Source: Eledone cirrhosa (Eukaryota). From it: a stretch of 64,000 nucleotides of DNA. Positions 12,701 through 24,520 of the stretch are shown here, piece by piece. The stretch is taken from positions 6,138,001 through 6,202,000 of the forward strand of contig OZ024764.1 in assembly GCA_964016885.1 (NCBI GenBank), given 5' to 3'. Position 1 is the first letter of the stretch, and each line of letters begins with the position of its first letter. The position numbers and the translations under genes were made by a program. Under the pieces are notes generated by a model that saw only the letters and a program-made list of their open reading frames with translations, searched no databases and had not been told where the DNA came from.

Positions 12701-15700
12701 ATGCTGGGGCATTGCCTTCTTGTACTGGTTTTGGTCATTAGACTGTGGCCATGCTGGGGCATTGCCATCTTGTACTGGTTTTGGTCATTAGACTGTGGCC
12801 ATGCTGGGGCATTGCCATCTTGTACTGGTTTCGGTCATTAGACTGTGGCCATGCTGGGGCATTGCCTTCTTGTACTGGTTTTGGTCATTAGACTGTGGCC
12901 ATGCTGGGGCATTGCCATCTTGTACTGGTTTCGGTCATTAGACTGTGGCCATGCTGGGGCACTGCCATCTTGTACTGGTTTCGGTCATTAGACTGTGGCC
13001 ATGCTGGGGCATTGCCTTCTTGTACTGGTTTTGGTCATTAGACTGTGGCCATGCTGGGGCATTGCCTTCTTGTACTGGTTTTGGTCATTAGACTGTGGCC
13101 ATGCTGGGGCATTGCCTTCTTGTACTGGTTTTGGTCATTAGACTGTGGCCATGCTGGGGCATTGCCTTCTTGTACTGGTTTTGGTCATTAGACTGTGGCC
13201 ATGCTGGGGCATTGCCTTCTTGTACTGGTTTTGGTCATTAGACTGTGGCCATGCTGGGGCATTGCCATCTTGTACTGGTTTTGGTCATTAGACTGTGGCC
13301 ATGCTGGGGCATTGCCTTCTTGTACTGGTTTTGGTCATTAGACTGTGGCCATGCTGGGGCATTGCCTTCTTGTACTGGTTTTGGTCATTAGACTGTGGCC
13401 ATGCTGGGGCATTGCCTTCTTGTACTGGTTTTGGTCATTAGACTGTGGCCATGCTGGGGCATTGCCTTCTTGTACTGGTTTTGGTCATTAGACTGTGGCC
13501 ATGCTGGGGCATTGCCTTCTTGTACTGGTTTTGGTCATTAGACTGTGGCCATGCTGGGGCATTGCCTTCTTGTACTGGTTTTGGTCATTAGACTGTGGCC
13601 ATGCTGGGGCATTGCCTTCTTGTACTGGTTTTGGTCATTAGACTGTGGCCATGCTGGGGCATTGCCTTCTTGTACTGGTTTCGGTCATTAGACTGTGGCC
13701 ATGCTGGGGCACTGCCATCTTGTACTGGTTTCGGTCATTAGACTGTGGCCATGCTGGGGCACTGCCATCTTGTACTGGTTTTGGTCATTAGACTGTGGCC
13801 ATGCTGGGGCATTGCCTTCTTGTACTGGTTTTGGTCATTAGACTGTGGCCATGCTGGGGCATTGCCTTCTTGTACTGGTTTCGGTCATTAGACTGTGGCC
13901 ATGCTGGGGCACTGCCATCTTGTACTGGTTTCGGTCATTAGACTGTGGCCATGCTGGGGCACTGCCATCTTGTACTGGTTTTGGTCATTAGGCTGTGGCC
14001 ATGCTGGGGCATTGCCTTCTTGTACTGGTTTTGGTCATTAGACTGTGGCCATGCTGGGGCATTGCCTTCTTGTACTGGTTTTGGTCATTAGACTGTGGCC
14101 ATGCTGGGGCATTGCCTTCTTGTACTGGTTTCGGTCATTAGACTGTGGCCATGCTGGGGCACTGCCATCTTGTACTGGTTTCATTCAGACTGTGGCCATG
14201 CTGGGGCATTGCCTTCTTGTACTGGTTTCGGTCATTAGACTGTGGCCATGCTGGGGCATTGCCTTCTTGTACTGGTTTTGGTCATTAGACTGTGGCCATG
14301 CTGGGGCATTGCCTTCTTGTACTGGTTTTGATCATTAGACTGTGGCCATGCTGGGGCATTGCCTTCTTGTACTGGTTTTGGTCATTAGACTGTGGCCATG
14401 CTGGGGCATTGCCTTCTTGTACTGGTTTCAGTCATTAGACTGTGGCCATGCTGGGGCATTGCCTTCTTGTACTGGTTTTGGTCATTAGACTGTGGCCATG
14501 CTGGGGCATTGCCTTCTTGTACTGGTTTTGATCATTAGACTGTGGCCATGCTGGGGCATTGCCTTCTTGTACTGGTTTTGGTCATTAGACTGTGGCCATG
14601 CCGGGGCATTGCCTTCTTGTACTGGTTTTGGTCATTAGACTGTGACCATGCTGGGGCACTGCCTTCTTGTACTGGTTTTGGTCATTAGACTGTGGCCATG
14701 CTGGGGCATTGCCTTCTTGTACTGGTTTTGGTCATTAGACTGTGACCATGCTGGGGCACTGCCTTCTTGTACTGGTTTCAGTCATTAGACTGTGGCCATG
14801 CTGGGGCATTGCCTTCTTGTACTGGTTTTGGTCATTAGACTGTGACCATGCTGGGGCACTGCCTTCTTGTACTGGTTTTGGTCATTAGACTGTGGCCATG
14901 CTGGGGCATTGCCTTCTTGTACTGGTTTTGGTCATTAGACTGTGGCCATGCTGGGGCATTGCCTTCTTGTACTGGTTTTGGTCATTAGACTCTGGCCATG
15001 CTGGGGCATTGCCTTCTTGTACTGGTTTTGATCATTAGACTGTGGCCATGCTGGGGCATTGCCTTCTTGTACTGGTTTTGGTCATTAGACTGTGGCCATG
15101 CTGGGGCATTGCCTTCTTGTACTGGTTTTGGTCATTAGACTGTGGCCATGCTGGGGCATTGCCTTCTTGTACTGGTTTTGATCATTAGACTGTGGCCATG
15201 CTGGGGCATTGCCTTCTTGTACTGGTTTTGGTCATTAGACTGTGGCCATGCTGGGGCATTGCCTTCTTGTACTGGTTTTGGTCATTAGACTGTGGCCATG
15301 CTGGGGCATTGCCTTCTTGTACTGGTTTTGGTCATTAGACTGTGGCCATGCTGGGGCATTGCCTTCTTGTACTGGTTTCAGTCATTAGACTGTGGCCATG
15401 CTGGGGCATTGCCTTCTTGTACTGGTTTTGATCATTAGACTGTGGCCATGCTGGGGCATTGCCTTCTTGTACTGGTTTTGGTCATTAGACTGTGGCCATG
15501 CTGGGGCATTGCCTTCTTGTACTGGTTTTGGTCATTAGACTGTGGCCATGCTGGGGCATTGCCTTCTTGTACTGGTTTTGATCATTAGACTGTGGCCATG
15601 CTGGGGCATTGCCTTCTTGTACTGGTTTTGGTCATTAGACTGTGGCCATGCTGGGGCATTGCCTTCTTGTACTGGTTTTGGTCATTAGACTGTGGCCATG

Positions 15701-18700
15701 CTGGGGCATTGCCTTCTTGTACTGGTTTTGATCATTAGACTGTGGCCATGCTGGGGCATTGCCTTCTTGTACTGGTTTTGGTCATTAGACTGTGGCCATG
15801 CTGGGGCATTGCCTTCTTGTACTGGTTTTGGTCATTAGACTGTGGCCATGCTGGGGCATTGCCTTCTTGTACTGGTTTTGGTCATTAGACTGTGGCCATG
15901 CTGGGGCATTGCCTTCTTGTACTGGTTTTGGTCATTAGACTGTGGCCATGCTGGGGCATTGCCTTCTTGTACTGGTTTTGGTCATTAGACTGTGGCCATG
16001 CTGGGGCATTGCCTTCTTGTACTGGTTTTGGTCATTAGACTGTGGCCATGCTGGGGCATTGCCTTCTTGTACTGGTTTTGGTCATTAGACTGTGGCCATG
16101 CTGGGGCATTGCCTTCTTGTACTGGTTTTGGTCATTAGACTGTGGCCATGCTGGGGCATTGCCTTCTTGTACTGGTTTTGGTCATTAGACTGTGGCCATG
16201 CTGGGGCATTGCCTTCTTGTACTGGTTTTGGTCATTAGACTGTGGCCATGCTGGGGCATTGCCTTCTTGTACTGGTTTTGGTCATTAGACTGTGGCCATG
16301 CTGGGGCATTGCCTTCTTGTACTGGTTTTGGTCATTAGACTGTGGCCATGCTGGGGCATTGCCTTCTTGTACTGGTTTTGGTCATTAGACTGTGGCCATG
16401 CTGGGGCATTGCCTTCTTGTACTGGTTTTGGTCATTAGACTGTGGCCATGCTGGGGCATTGCCTTCTTGTACTGGTTTTGGTCATTAGACTGTGGCCATG
16501 CTGGGGCACTGCCTTCTTGTACTGGTTTTGGTCATTAGACTGTGGCCATGCTGGGGCATTGCCTTCTTGTACTGGTTTTGATCATTAGACTGTGGCCATG
16601 CTGGGGCATTGCCTTCTTGTACTGGTTTTGGTCATTAGACTGTGGCCATGCTGGGGCACTGCCTTCTTGTACTGGTTTTGGTCATCAGACTGTGGCCATG
16701 CTGGGGCATTGCCTTCTTGTACTGGTTTTGGTCATTAGACTGTGGCCATGCTGGGACATTGCCTTCTTGTACTGGTTTTGGTCATTAGACTGTGGCCATG
16801 CTGGGGCATTGCCTTCTTGTACTGGTTTTGGTCATTAGACTGTGGCCATGCTGGGGCATTGCCTTCTTGTACTGGTTTTGGTCATTAGACTGTGGCCATG
16901 CTGGGGCATTGCCTTCTTGTACTGGTTTTGGTCATTAGACTGTGGCCATGCTGGGGCATTGCCTTCTTGTACTGGTTTTGGTCATTAGACTGTGGCCATG
17001 CTGGGGCATTGCCTTCTTGTACTGGTTTTGGTCATTAGACTGTGGCCATGCTGGGGCATTGCCTTCTTGTACTGGTTTTGGTCATTAGACTGTGGCCATG
17101 CTGGGGCATTGCCTTCTTGTACTGGTTTTGGTCATTAGACTGTGGCCATGCTGGGGCACTGCCTTCTTGTACTGGTTTTGGTCATTAGACTGTGGCCATG
17201 CTGGGGCATTGCCTTCTTGTACTGGTTTTGGTCATTAGACTGTGGCCATGCTGGGGCATTGCCTTCTTGTACTGGTTTTGGTCATTAGACTGTGGCCATG
17301 CTGGGGCACTGCCATCTTGTACTGGTTTCATTCAGACTGTGGCCATGCTGGGGCATTGCCTTCTTGTACTGGTTTTGGTCATTAGACTGTGGCCATGCTG
17401 GGGCATTGCCTTCTTGTACTGGTTTTGGTCATTAGACTGTGGCCATGCTGGGGCATTGCCTTCTTGTACTGGTTTTGATCATTAGACTGTGGCCATGCTG
17501 GGGCACTGCCTTCTTGTACTGGTTTTGGTCATCAGACTGTGGCCATGCTGGGGCACTGCCTTCTTGTACTGGTTTTGGTCATTAGACTGTGGCCATGCTG
17601 GGGCATTGCCTTCTTGTACTGGTTTTGGTCATTAGACTGTGGCCATGCTGGGGCACTGCCTTCTTGTACTGGTTTTGGTCATCAGACTGTGGCCATGCTG
17701 GGGCATTGCCTTCTTGTACTGGTTTTGGTCATTAGACTGTGGCCATGCTGGGGCACTGCCTTCTTGTACTGGTTTTGGTCATTAGACTGTGGCCATGCTG
17801 GGGCATTGCCTTCTTGTACTGGTTTTGGTCATTAGACTGTGGCCATGCTGGGGCATTGCCTTCTTGTACTGGTTTTGGTCATTAGACTGTGGCCATGCTG
17901 GGGCATTGCCTTCTTGTACTGGTTTTGGTCATTAGACTGTGGCCATGCTGGGGCATTGCCTTCTTGTACTGGTTTCAGTCATTAGACTGTGGCCATGCTG
18001 GGGCATTGCCTTCTTGTACTGGTTTTGGTCATTAGACTGTGGCCATGCTGGGGCATTGCCTTCTTGTACTGGTTTTGGTCATTAGACTGTGGCCATGCTG
18101 GGGCATTGCCTTCTTGTACTGGTTTTGGTCATTAGACTGACCATGCTGGGGCATTGCCTTCTTGTACTGGTTTCGGTCATTAGACTGTGGCCATGCTGGG
18201 GCATTGCCTTCTTGTACTGGTTTTGGTCATTAGACTGTGGCCATGCTGGGGCATTGCCTTCTTGTACTGGTTTTGGTCATTAGACTGTGGCCATGCTGGG
18301 GCATTGCCTTCTTGTACTGGTTTTGGTCATTAGACTGTGGCCATGCTGGGGCATTGCCTTCTTGTACTGGTTTTGGTCATTAGACTGTGGCCATGCTGGG
18401 GCATTGCCTTCTTGTACTGGTTTCAGTCATTAGACTGTGGCCATGCTGGGGCATTGCCTTCTTGTACTGGTTTTGGTCATTAGACTGTGGCCATGCTGGG
18501 GCATTGCCTTCTTGTACTGGTTTTGGTCATTAGACTGTGGCCATGCTGGGGCATTGCCTTCTTGTACTGGTTTTGGTCATTAGACTGTGGCCATGCTGGG
18601 GCATTGCCTTCTTGTACTGGTTTTGGTCATTAGACTGTGGCCATGCTGGGGCATTGCCTTCTTGTACTGGTTTCAGTCATTAGACTGTGGCCATGCTGGG

Positions 18701-21290
18701 GCATTGCCTTCTTGTACTGGTTTTGGTCATTAGACTGTGGCCATGCTGGGGCATTGCCTTCTTGTACTGGTTTCAGTCATTAGACTGTGGCCATGCTGGG
18801 GCACTGCCTTCTTGTACTGGTTTCAGTCATTAGACTGTGGCCATGCTGGGGCACTCCCTTCTTGTACTGGTTTTGGTCATTAGACTGTGGCCATGCTGGG
18901 GCATTGCCTTTTACTGGTTTCAGTCATTAGACTGTGGCCATGCTGGGGCATTGCCTTCTTGTACTGGTTTCAGTCATTAGACTGTGGCCATGCTGGGGCA
19001 TTGCCTTCTTGTACTGGTTTTGGTCATTAGACTGTGGCCATGCTGGGGCACTCCCTTCTTGTACTGGTTTTGGTCATTAGACTGTGGCCATGCTGGGGCA
19101 TTGCCTTCTTGTACTGGTTTTGGTCATTAGTCTGTGGCCATGCTGGGGCATTGCCTTCTTGAACTGGTTTTGGTCATTAGACTGTGACCATGCTGGGGCA
19201 TTGCCTTCTTGTACTGGTTTTGGTCATTAGACTGTGGCCATGCTGGGGCATTGCCTACTTGTACTGGTTTCAGTCATTAGACTGTGGCCATGCTGGGGCA
19301 TTGCCTTCTTGTACTGGTTTTGGTCATTAGACTGTGGCCATGCTGGGGCATTGCCTTCTTGTACTGGTTTCAGTCATTAGACTGTGGCCATGCTGGGGCA
19401 TTGCCTTCTTGTACTGGTTTTGGTCATTAGTCTGTGACCATGCTGGGGCATTGCCTTTTTGTACTGGTTTTGGTCATTAGACTGTGGCCATGCTGGGGCA
19501 TTGCCTTCTTGTACTGGTTTCAGTCATTAGACTGTGGCCATGCTGGGGCATTGCCTTCTTGTACTGGTTTCAGTCATTAGACTGTGGCCATGCTGGGGCA
19601 TTGCCTTCTTGTACTGGTTTCAGTCATTAGACTGTGGCCATGCTGGGGCATTGCCTTCTTGTACTGGTTTTGGTCATTAGACTGTGGCCTTGCTGGGGCA
19701 TTGCCTTCTTGTACTGGTTTCAGTCATTAGACTGTGGCCATGCTGGGGCATTGCCTTCTTGTACTGGTTTTGGTCATTAGTCTGTGACCATGCTGGGGCA
19801 TTGCCTTCTTGTACTGGTTTTGGTCATTAGACTGTGGCCATGCTGGGGCACTGCCTTCTTGTACTGGTTTTGGTCATTAGACTGTGACCATGCTGGGGCA
19901 TTGCCTTCTTGTACTGGTTTCAGTCATTAGACTGTGGCCATGCTGGGGCATTGCCTTCTTGTACTGGTTTTGGTTATTAGACTGTGGCCATGCTGGGGCA
20001 CTGCCTTCTTGTACTGGTTTTGGTCATTAGACTGTGACCATGCTGGGGCATTGCCTTCTTGTACTGGTTTCAGTCATTAGACTGTGGCCATGCTGGGGCA
20101 TTGCCTTCTTGTACTGGTTTTGGTCATTAGACTGTGGCCATGCTGGGGCACTGCCTTCTTGTACTGGTTTTGGTCATTAGACTGTGGCCATGCTGGGGCA
20201 CTGCCATCTTGTACTGGTTTTGGTCATTAGACTGTGGCCATGCTGGGGCATTGCCTTCTTGTACTGGTTTTGGTCATTAGACTGTGGCCATGCTGGGGCA
20301 CTGCCATCTTGTACTGGTTTTGGTCATTAGACTGTGGCCATGCTGGGGCATTGCCTTCTTGTACTGGTTTTGGTCATTAGACTGTGGCCATGCTGGGGCA
20401 CTGCCATCTTGTACTGGTTTTGGTCATTAGACTGTGACCATGCTGGGGCATTGCCTTCTTGTACTGGTTTCAGTCATTAGACTGTGGCCATGCTGGGGCA
20501 CTGCCTTCTTGTACTGGTTTTGGTCATTAGACTGTGGCCATGCTGGGGCACTGCCTTCTTGTACTGGTTTTGGTCATTAGACTGTGGCCATGCTGGGGCA
20601 CTGCCTTCTTGTACTGGTTTCAGTCATTAAACTGTGGCCATGCTGGGGCACTGCCATCTTGTACTGGTTTTGGTCATTAGACTGTGACCATGCTGGGGCA
20701 CTGCCTACTTGTACTGGTTTCAGTCATTAAACTGTGGCCATGCTGGGGCACTGCCATCTTGTACTGGTTTTGGTCATTAGACTGTGGCCATGCTGGGGCA
20801 CTGCCTTCTTGTACTGGTTTTGGTCATTAGACTGTGGCCATGCTGGGGCACTGCCTTCTTGTACTGGTTTTGGTCATTAGACTGTGGCCATGCTGGGGCA
20901 CTGCCTACTTGTACTGGTTTTGGTCATTAGACTGTGGCCATGCTGGGGCACTGCCTTCTTGTACTGGTTTTGGTCATTAGACTGTGGCCATGCTGGGGCA
21001 CTGCCTACTTGTACTGGTTTTGGTCATTAGACTGTGGCCATGCTGGGGCACTGCCATCTTGTACTGGTTTCATTCAGACTGTGGCCATGCTGGGGCACTG
21101 CCTTCTTGTACTGGTTTTGGTCATTAGACTGTGGCCATGCTGGGGCATGGCCTTCTTGTACTGGTTTTGGTCATTAGACTGTGGCCATGCTGGGGCATTG
21201 CCTTCTTGTACTGGTTTTGGTCATTAGACTGTGGCCATGCTGGGGCATTGTCTTCTTGTACTGGTTTCAGTCATTAGACTGTGGCCATGC
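738..21290 (+). repeat. 50-bp tandem satellite, ~410 copies (GACTGTGGCCATGCTGGGGCAYTGCCTTCTTGTACTGGTTTTGGTCATTA)
   Basis: Exact 50-bp period across ~20.5 kb; occasional 47-48 and 51 bp variants; most homogeneous at ~9900-12500 and ~15750-16500. Confidence 0.98.
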
Positions 21291-21439
21291 CCCAGTATGT
21301 GTTTAATCCTCTGTGTATCTGATTAAGTATTTATGTGAAGATGTGTGTGTATGTAACTTACGAAGGCCTAACGTATGTAACAAATGCACAAACACACACA
21401 CACACACACACTCACAAACACACACATACATATACAAAA

Positions 21440-21664
21440 TGTGACGTCGTCGTGATATAAAATATTCATTTACTTATAGTTGTCTATAGAAAGATTATTT
21501 TAGATAAAATGTTATATTGTTTTAATCCAAATGAAAATAAAAATTACATGTTGACACTTCTGGGGTCTAATACCTTATAAAATTTGATTTGATTTGGTCA
21601 AGCCGTTTTGGAATGTATAAGGAAAAGAGAGACAGACAGAGACAAAGAATTTTATATATAGAGA
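21440..21664 (-). mobile_element. Non-autonomous Helitron-like 5' end remnant
   Basis: Minus strand begins TCTCTATATATAAAATTCTTTGTCTCTGTCTGTC, typical of Helitron/HINE 5' ends; no 3' end recognised. Confidence 0.4.
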
Positions 21665-21702
21665 TTGGTTGATTTTTATAAACCGTGTTTTACTTTAAAC
21701 AG

Positions 21703-21823
21703 TATAATTGTTTCTACTTTTGGCACAAGGCCAGCAATTACCCAGTAGATTACTGGTACTTTTTTTTATCGACCCCGTAAGGATGAAAGGCAAAGTTTAC
21801 CTTGGCGGGATTTGAACTCAGAA
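21703..21823 (-). mobile_element. tRNA-derived SINE (Meta-domain-like family A), partial
   Basis: Reverse complement has B-box GAGTTCAAATCC then TTTGCCTTTCATCCTTACGGGGTCGATAAA...GTACCAG; matches copies at 40318, 51581, 60030 and 60236. Confidence 0.85.
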
Positions 21824-21979
21824 TGGTATAATGGTAGAAATATAGTCCAGTGTTAAAATTCTACATAGGCACCATTGATGTCTACCAGTGTTTATAATTG
21901 TCTGGGTATATCCTTGACTCACTACAGGAACTTGGGCAATATACAGGGTGGAAGGAAACTCCCTATTTAAAATTGGTAA

Positions 21980-22125
21980 CACAACAACACCACCAGCTCT
22001 CTCTCTCTCTTCCATTCTCCTTCTCTGTTTCCTCTCCCTCTCTCTATGTCTCTCTTTCAAACTACTCTGTCACAACCACTATCTCTTTCTCTCTCTATTT
22101 ATGAAGCTACCCAGAAGACTGTCCA
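21980..22125 (-). mobile_element. Inverted internal fragment of the Helitron family at 33759-34852 / 63198-63936
   Basis: Reverse complement of ...AACTTCATAAACAGAGAGA...GATAGTGGTTGTGA...GAAAGAGAGACATAGAGAGAGGGAGAGG seen in both Helitrons. Confidence 0.7.
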
Positions 22126-22177
22126 GAAATAGCCGTTGAAACGGCTTGAGCTTTGCCGTTGGGGTCAAACATTTTCC

Positions 22178-22229
<52 letters not shown>

Positions 22230-22509
22230 AATATATGAATATATATATGTATGTGTCTATTTATATATATATATGTGTGTGTGTGCGTGTGTATATATAT
22301 ATGTGTGTGTTTATATGTGTATTGGTCAATATACAGGGTGGAAGGAAACTCCCTATTTAAAATTGGTAATAAATTTATTAATTATTGGTCGATTTTCATA
22401 AAACATGTTTTATTTTCAACAGTATGATAGTAGAAATACAGTAGCGTGTTAAAATTCTACATAGTCTGCATTGTCTACCAGTGTTTGTAATAGTCTGGGT
22501 ATATCCTTG

Positions 22510-23930
22510 ACAGGTTTGCAGTTGGGTCCTTGGCAGTAGAGACTTCTGGTGTCCTTGCTCCTAGGGCTAGCTCCCTACTTACCACCGTAGGGGCTGAGCT
22601 GGCTACCTGTAGCAGTGGAGACTTCTGGTGTCCTTGGCCCTAGGGCTACCTCCCTACTTACCACCATAGGTACAGAGCTGGCTACCTGTAGCAGTGGAGA
22701 CTTCTGGTGTCCTTGGCCCTAGGGCTACCTCCCTACTTACCACCATAGGCACAGACCTGGCTACCTGTAGCAGTGGAGACTTCTGGTGTCCTTGGCCCTA
22801 GGGCTACCTCCCTACTTACCACCATAGGCACAGACCTAGCTACCTGTAGTAGTGGAGACTTCTGGTGTCCTTGGCCCTAGGGCTACCTCCCTACTTACCA
22901 CCATAGGCACAGAGCTGGCTACCTGTAGCAGTGGAGACTTCTGGTGTCCTTGGCCCTAGGGCTACCTCCCTACTTACCACCATAGGTACAGACCTAGCTA
23001 CCTGTAGCAGTGGAGACTTCTGGTGTCCTTGGCCCTAGGGCTACCTCCCTACTTACCACCATAGGCACATACCTGGCTACCTGTAGCAGTGGAGACTTCT
23101 GGTGTCCTTGGCCCTAGGGCTACCTCCCTACTTACCACCATAGGTACAGAGCTGGCTACCTGTAGCAGTGGAGACTTCTGGTGTCCTTGGCCCTAGGGCT
23201 ACCTCCCTACTTACCACCATAGGCACAGAGCTGGCTACCTGTAGCAGTGGAGACTTCTGGTGTCCTTGGCCCTAGGGCTACCTCCCTACTTACCACCATA
23301 GGCACAGACCTAGCTACCTGTAGCAGTGGAGACTTCTGGTGTCCTTGGCCCTAGGGCTACCTCCCTACTTACCACCATAGGCACAGACCTAGCTACCTGT
23401 AGCAGTGGAGACTTGTGGTGTCCTTGGCCCTAGGGCTACCTCCCTACTCACCACCATAGGCACAGACCTAGCTACCTGTAGCAGTGGAGACTTCTGGTGT
23501 CCTTGGCCCTAGGGCTACCTCCCTACTCACCACCATAGGCACAGAGCTGGCTACCTGTAGCAGTGGAGACTTCTGGTGTCCTTGGCCCTAGGGCTACCTC
23601 CCTACTTACCACCATAGGTACAGAGCTGGCTACCTGTAGCAGTGGAGACCTGGTGTCCTTGACCCTAGGGCTACCTCCCTACTTACCACCATAGGCCCTG
23701 AGCTGGCCAGCCGCAGGTGTGAGCCTCACAAGATGGAATGGCTCTTCCAGCGCATCTCCCTTACCATCCTCCAGGGGAACACCTTCTCCATTCTGTCCTC
23801 CGGGGCTGTGGGGAGGTGGCGAGCACGTGGGACCCTATTTGCTCACCATACGGAGATATGGGGTGGGTGGGGGAAGGGGGGCGATGACAGTGAGAGTTTG
23901 GTCTCTCCCGTGTTCGGACCTGGTGTACAT
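22510..23930 (+). mobile_element. CRE-clade (restriction-like endonuclease) non-LTR retrotransposon 3' fragment containing the 79-bp array
   Basis: Translates LAVETSGVLGPRATSLLTTIG...WLFQRISLTILQGNTFSIL, matching the P.AVET.G..G...QRIS.A.QRGN C-terminal motif of CRE-like elements; paralogous to 37400-37730. Confidence 0.7.
22530..23710 (+). repeat. 79-bp minisatellite (~15 copies) amplified from a CRE-type retrotransposon coding segment
   Basis: AGCAGTGGAG recurs at 22611, 22690, 22769 (period 79); monomer aligns to single-copy 37441-37520. Confidence 0.92.
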
Positions 23931-24109
23931 GTGAGAGATGGGAAGGATGAGAGAGAGGAGGAGATGATGACAGTTCGGAAACATTGCACCTGTCATGTGG
24001 ATCATGGAACACATCTGTAAACATGTATTTATATACGTTCACTGATATTGCTACATGTTATACGATAATGAAATAAGTAAAAATGGAATGTTGTTTCAAC
24101 AAGTGTTAA

Positions 24110-24320
24110 TGTCACCCCTTCACTGACTTCATCAGATACACAGGTGATGTGTTGGTCAGGACAAGGTCGATGTGTTTCTCCAATTGAGTCAGAGTTTGTG
24201 GTTTTGAGCTATAAACTTCTTCCTTCGCCCTCCCCCACAAGAAAATAATCTCATGGCATTAAGTGAGGTCTTCTTGCTAGCCAGTCATGTGGCCCTCAAT
24301 GATCCAGCTAACATCCTTCT
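24110..24320 (-). pseudogene. Tc1/mariner-superfamily transposase remnant
   Basis: Minus strand reads GPHDWLARRPHLMP*DY / FLWGRAKEEVYSSKPQTLTQLEKHI, a degenerate WPARSPDLTPxDFFLWG..K..VY..KP.TL..L motif with a stop and a frameshift. Confidence 0.75.
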
Positions 24321-24520
24321 TTTTCTTCTTCTTCTTGAGTTATCCCTCCATTGAAGATGAAGTATGTACAAACTTGTTCCCAATCTCTCACCACAACCAG
24401 AAGACCCCGTCCAATGCACTGGTCAGTCTTGGAACTAATTTAACTCTTCCATTTCCATATTTCTTATGAGATACGATGCTGAGGATTTTGAAAATGATAA
24501 AGAATTTGAAGGAATTTAGT

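Noticed and set aside
738-21290. CRISPR-like array or repetitive protein ORFs in the 50-bp repeat
   Set aside because: No spacers and no cas genes in a eukaryotic context; the 50-bp period shifts frame and gives a TAG every third unit
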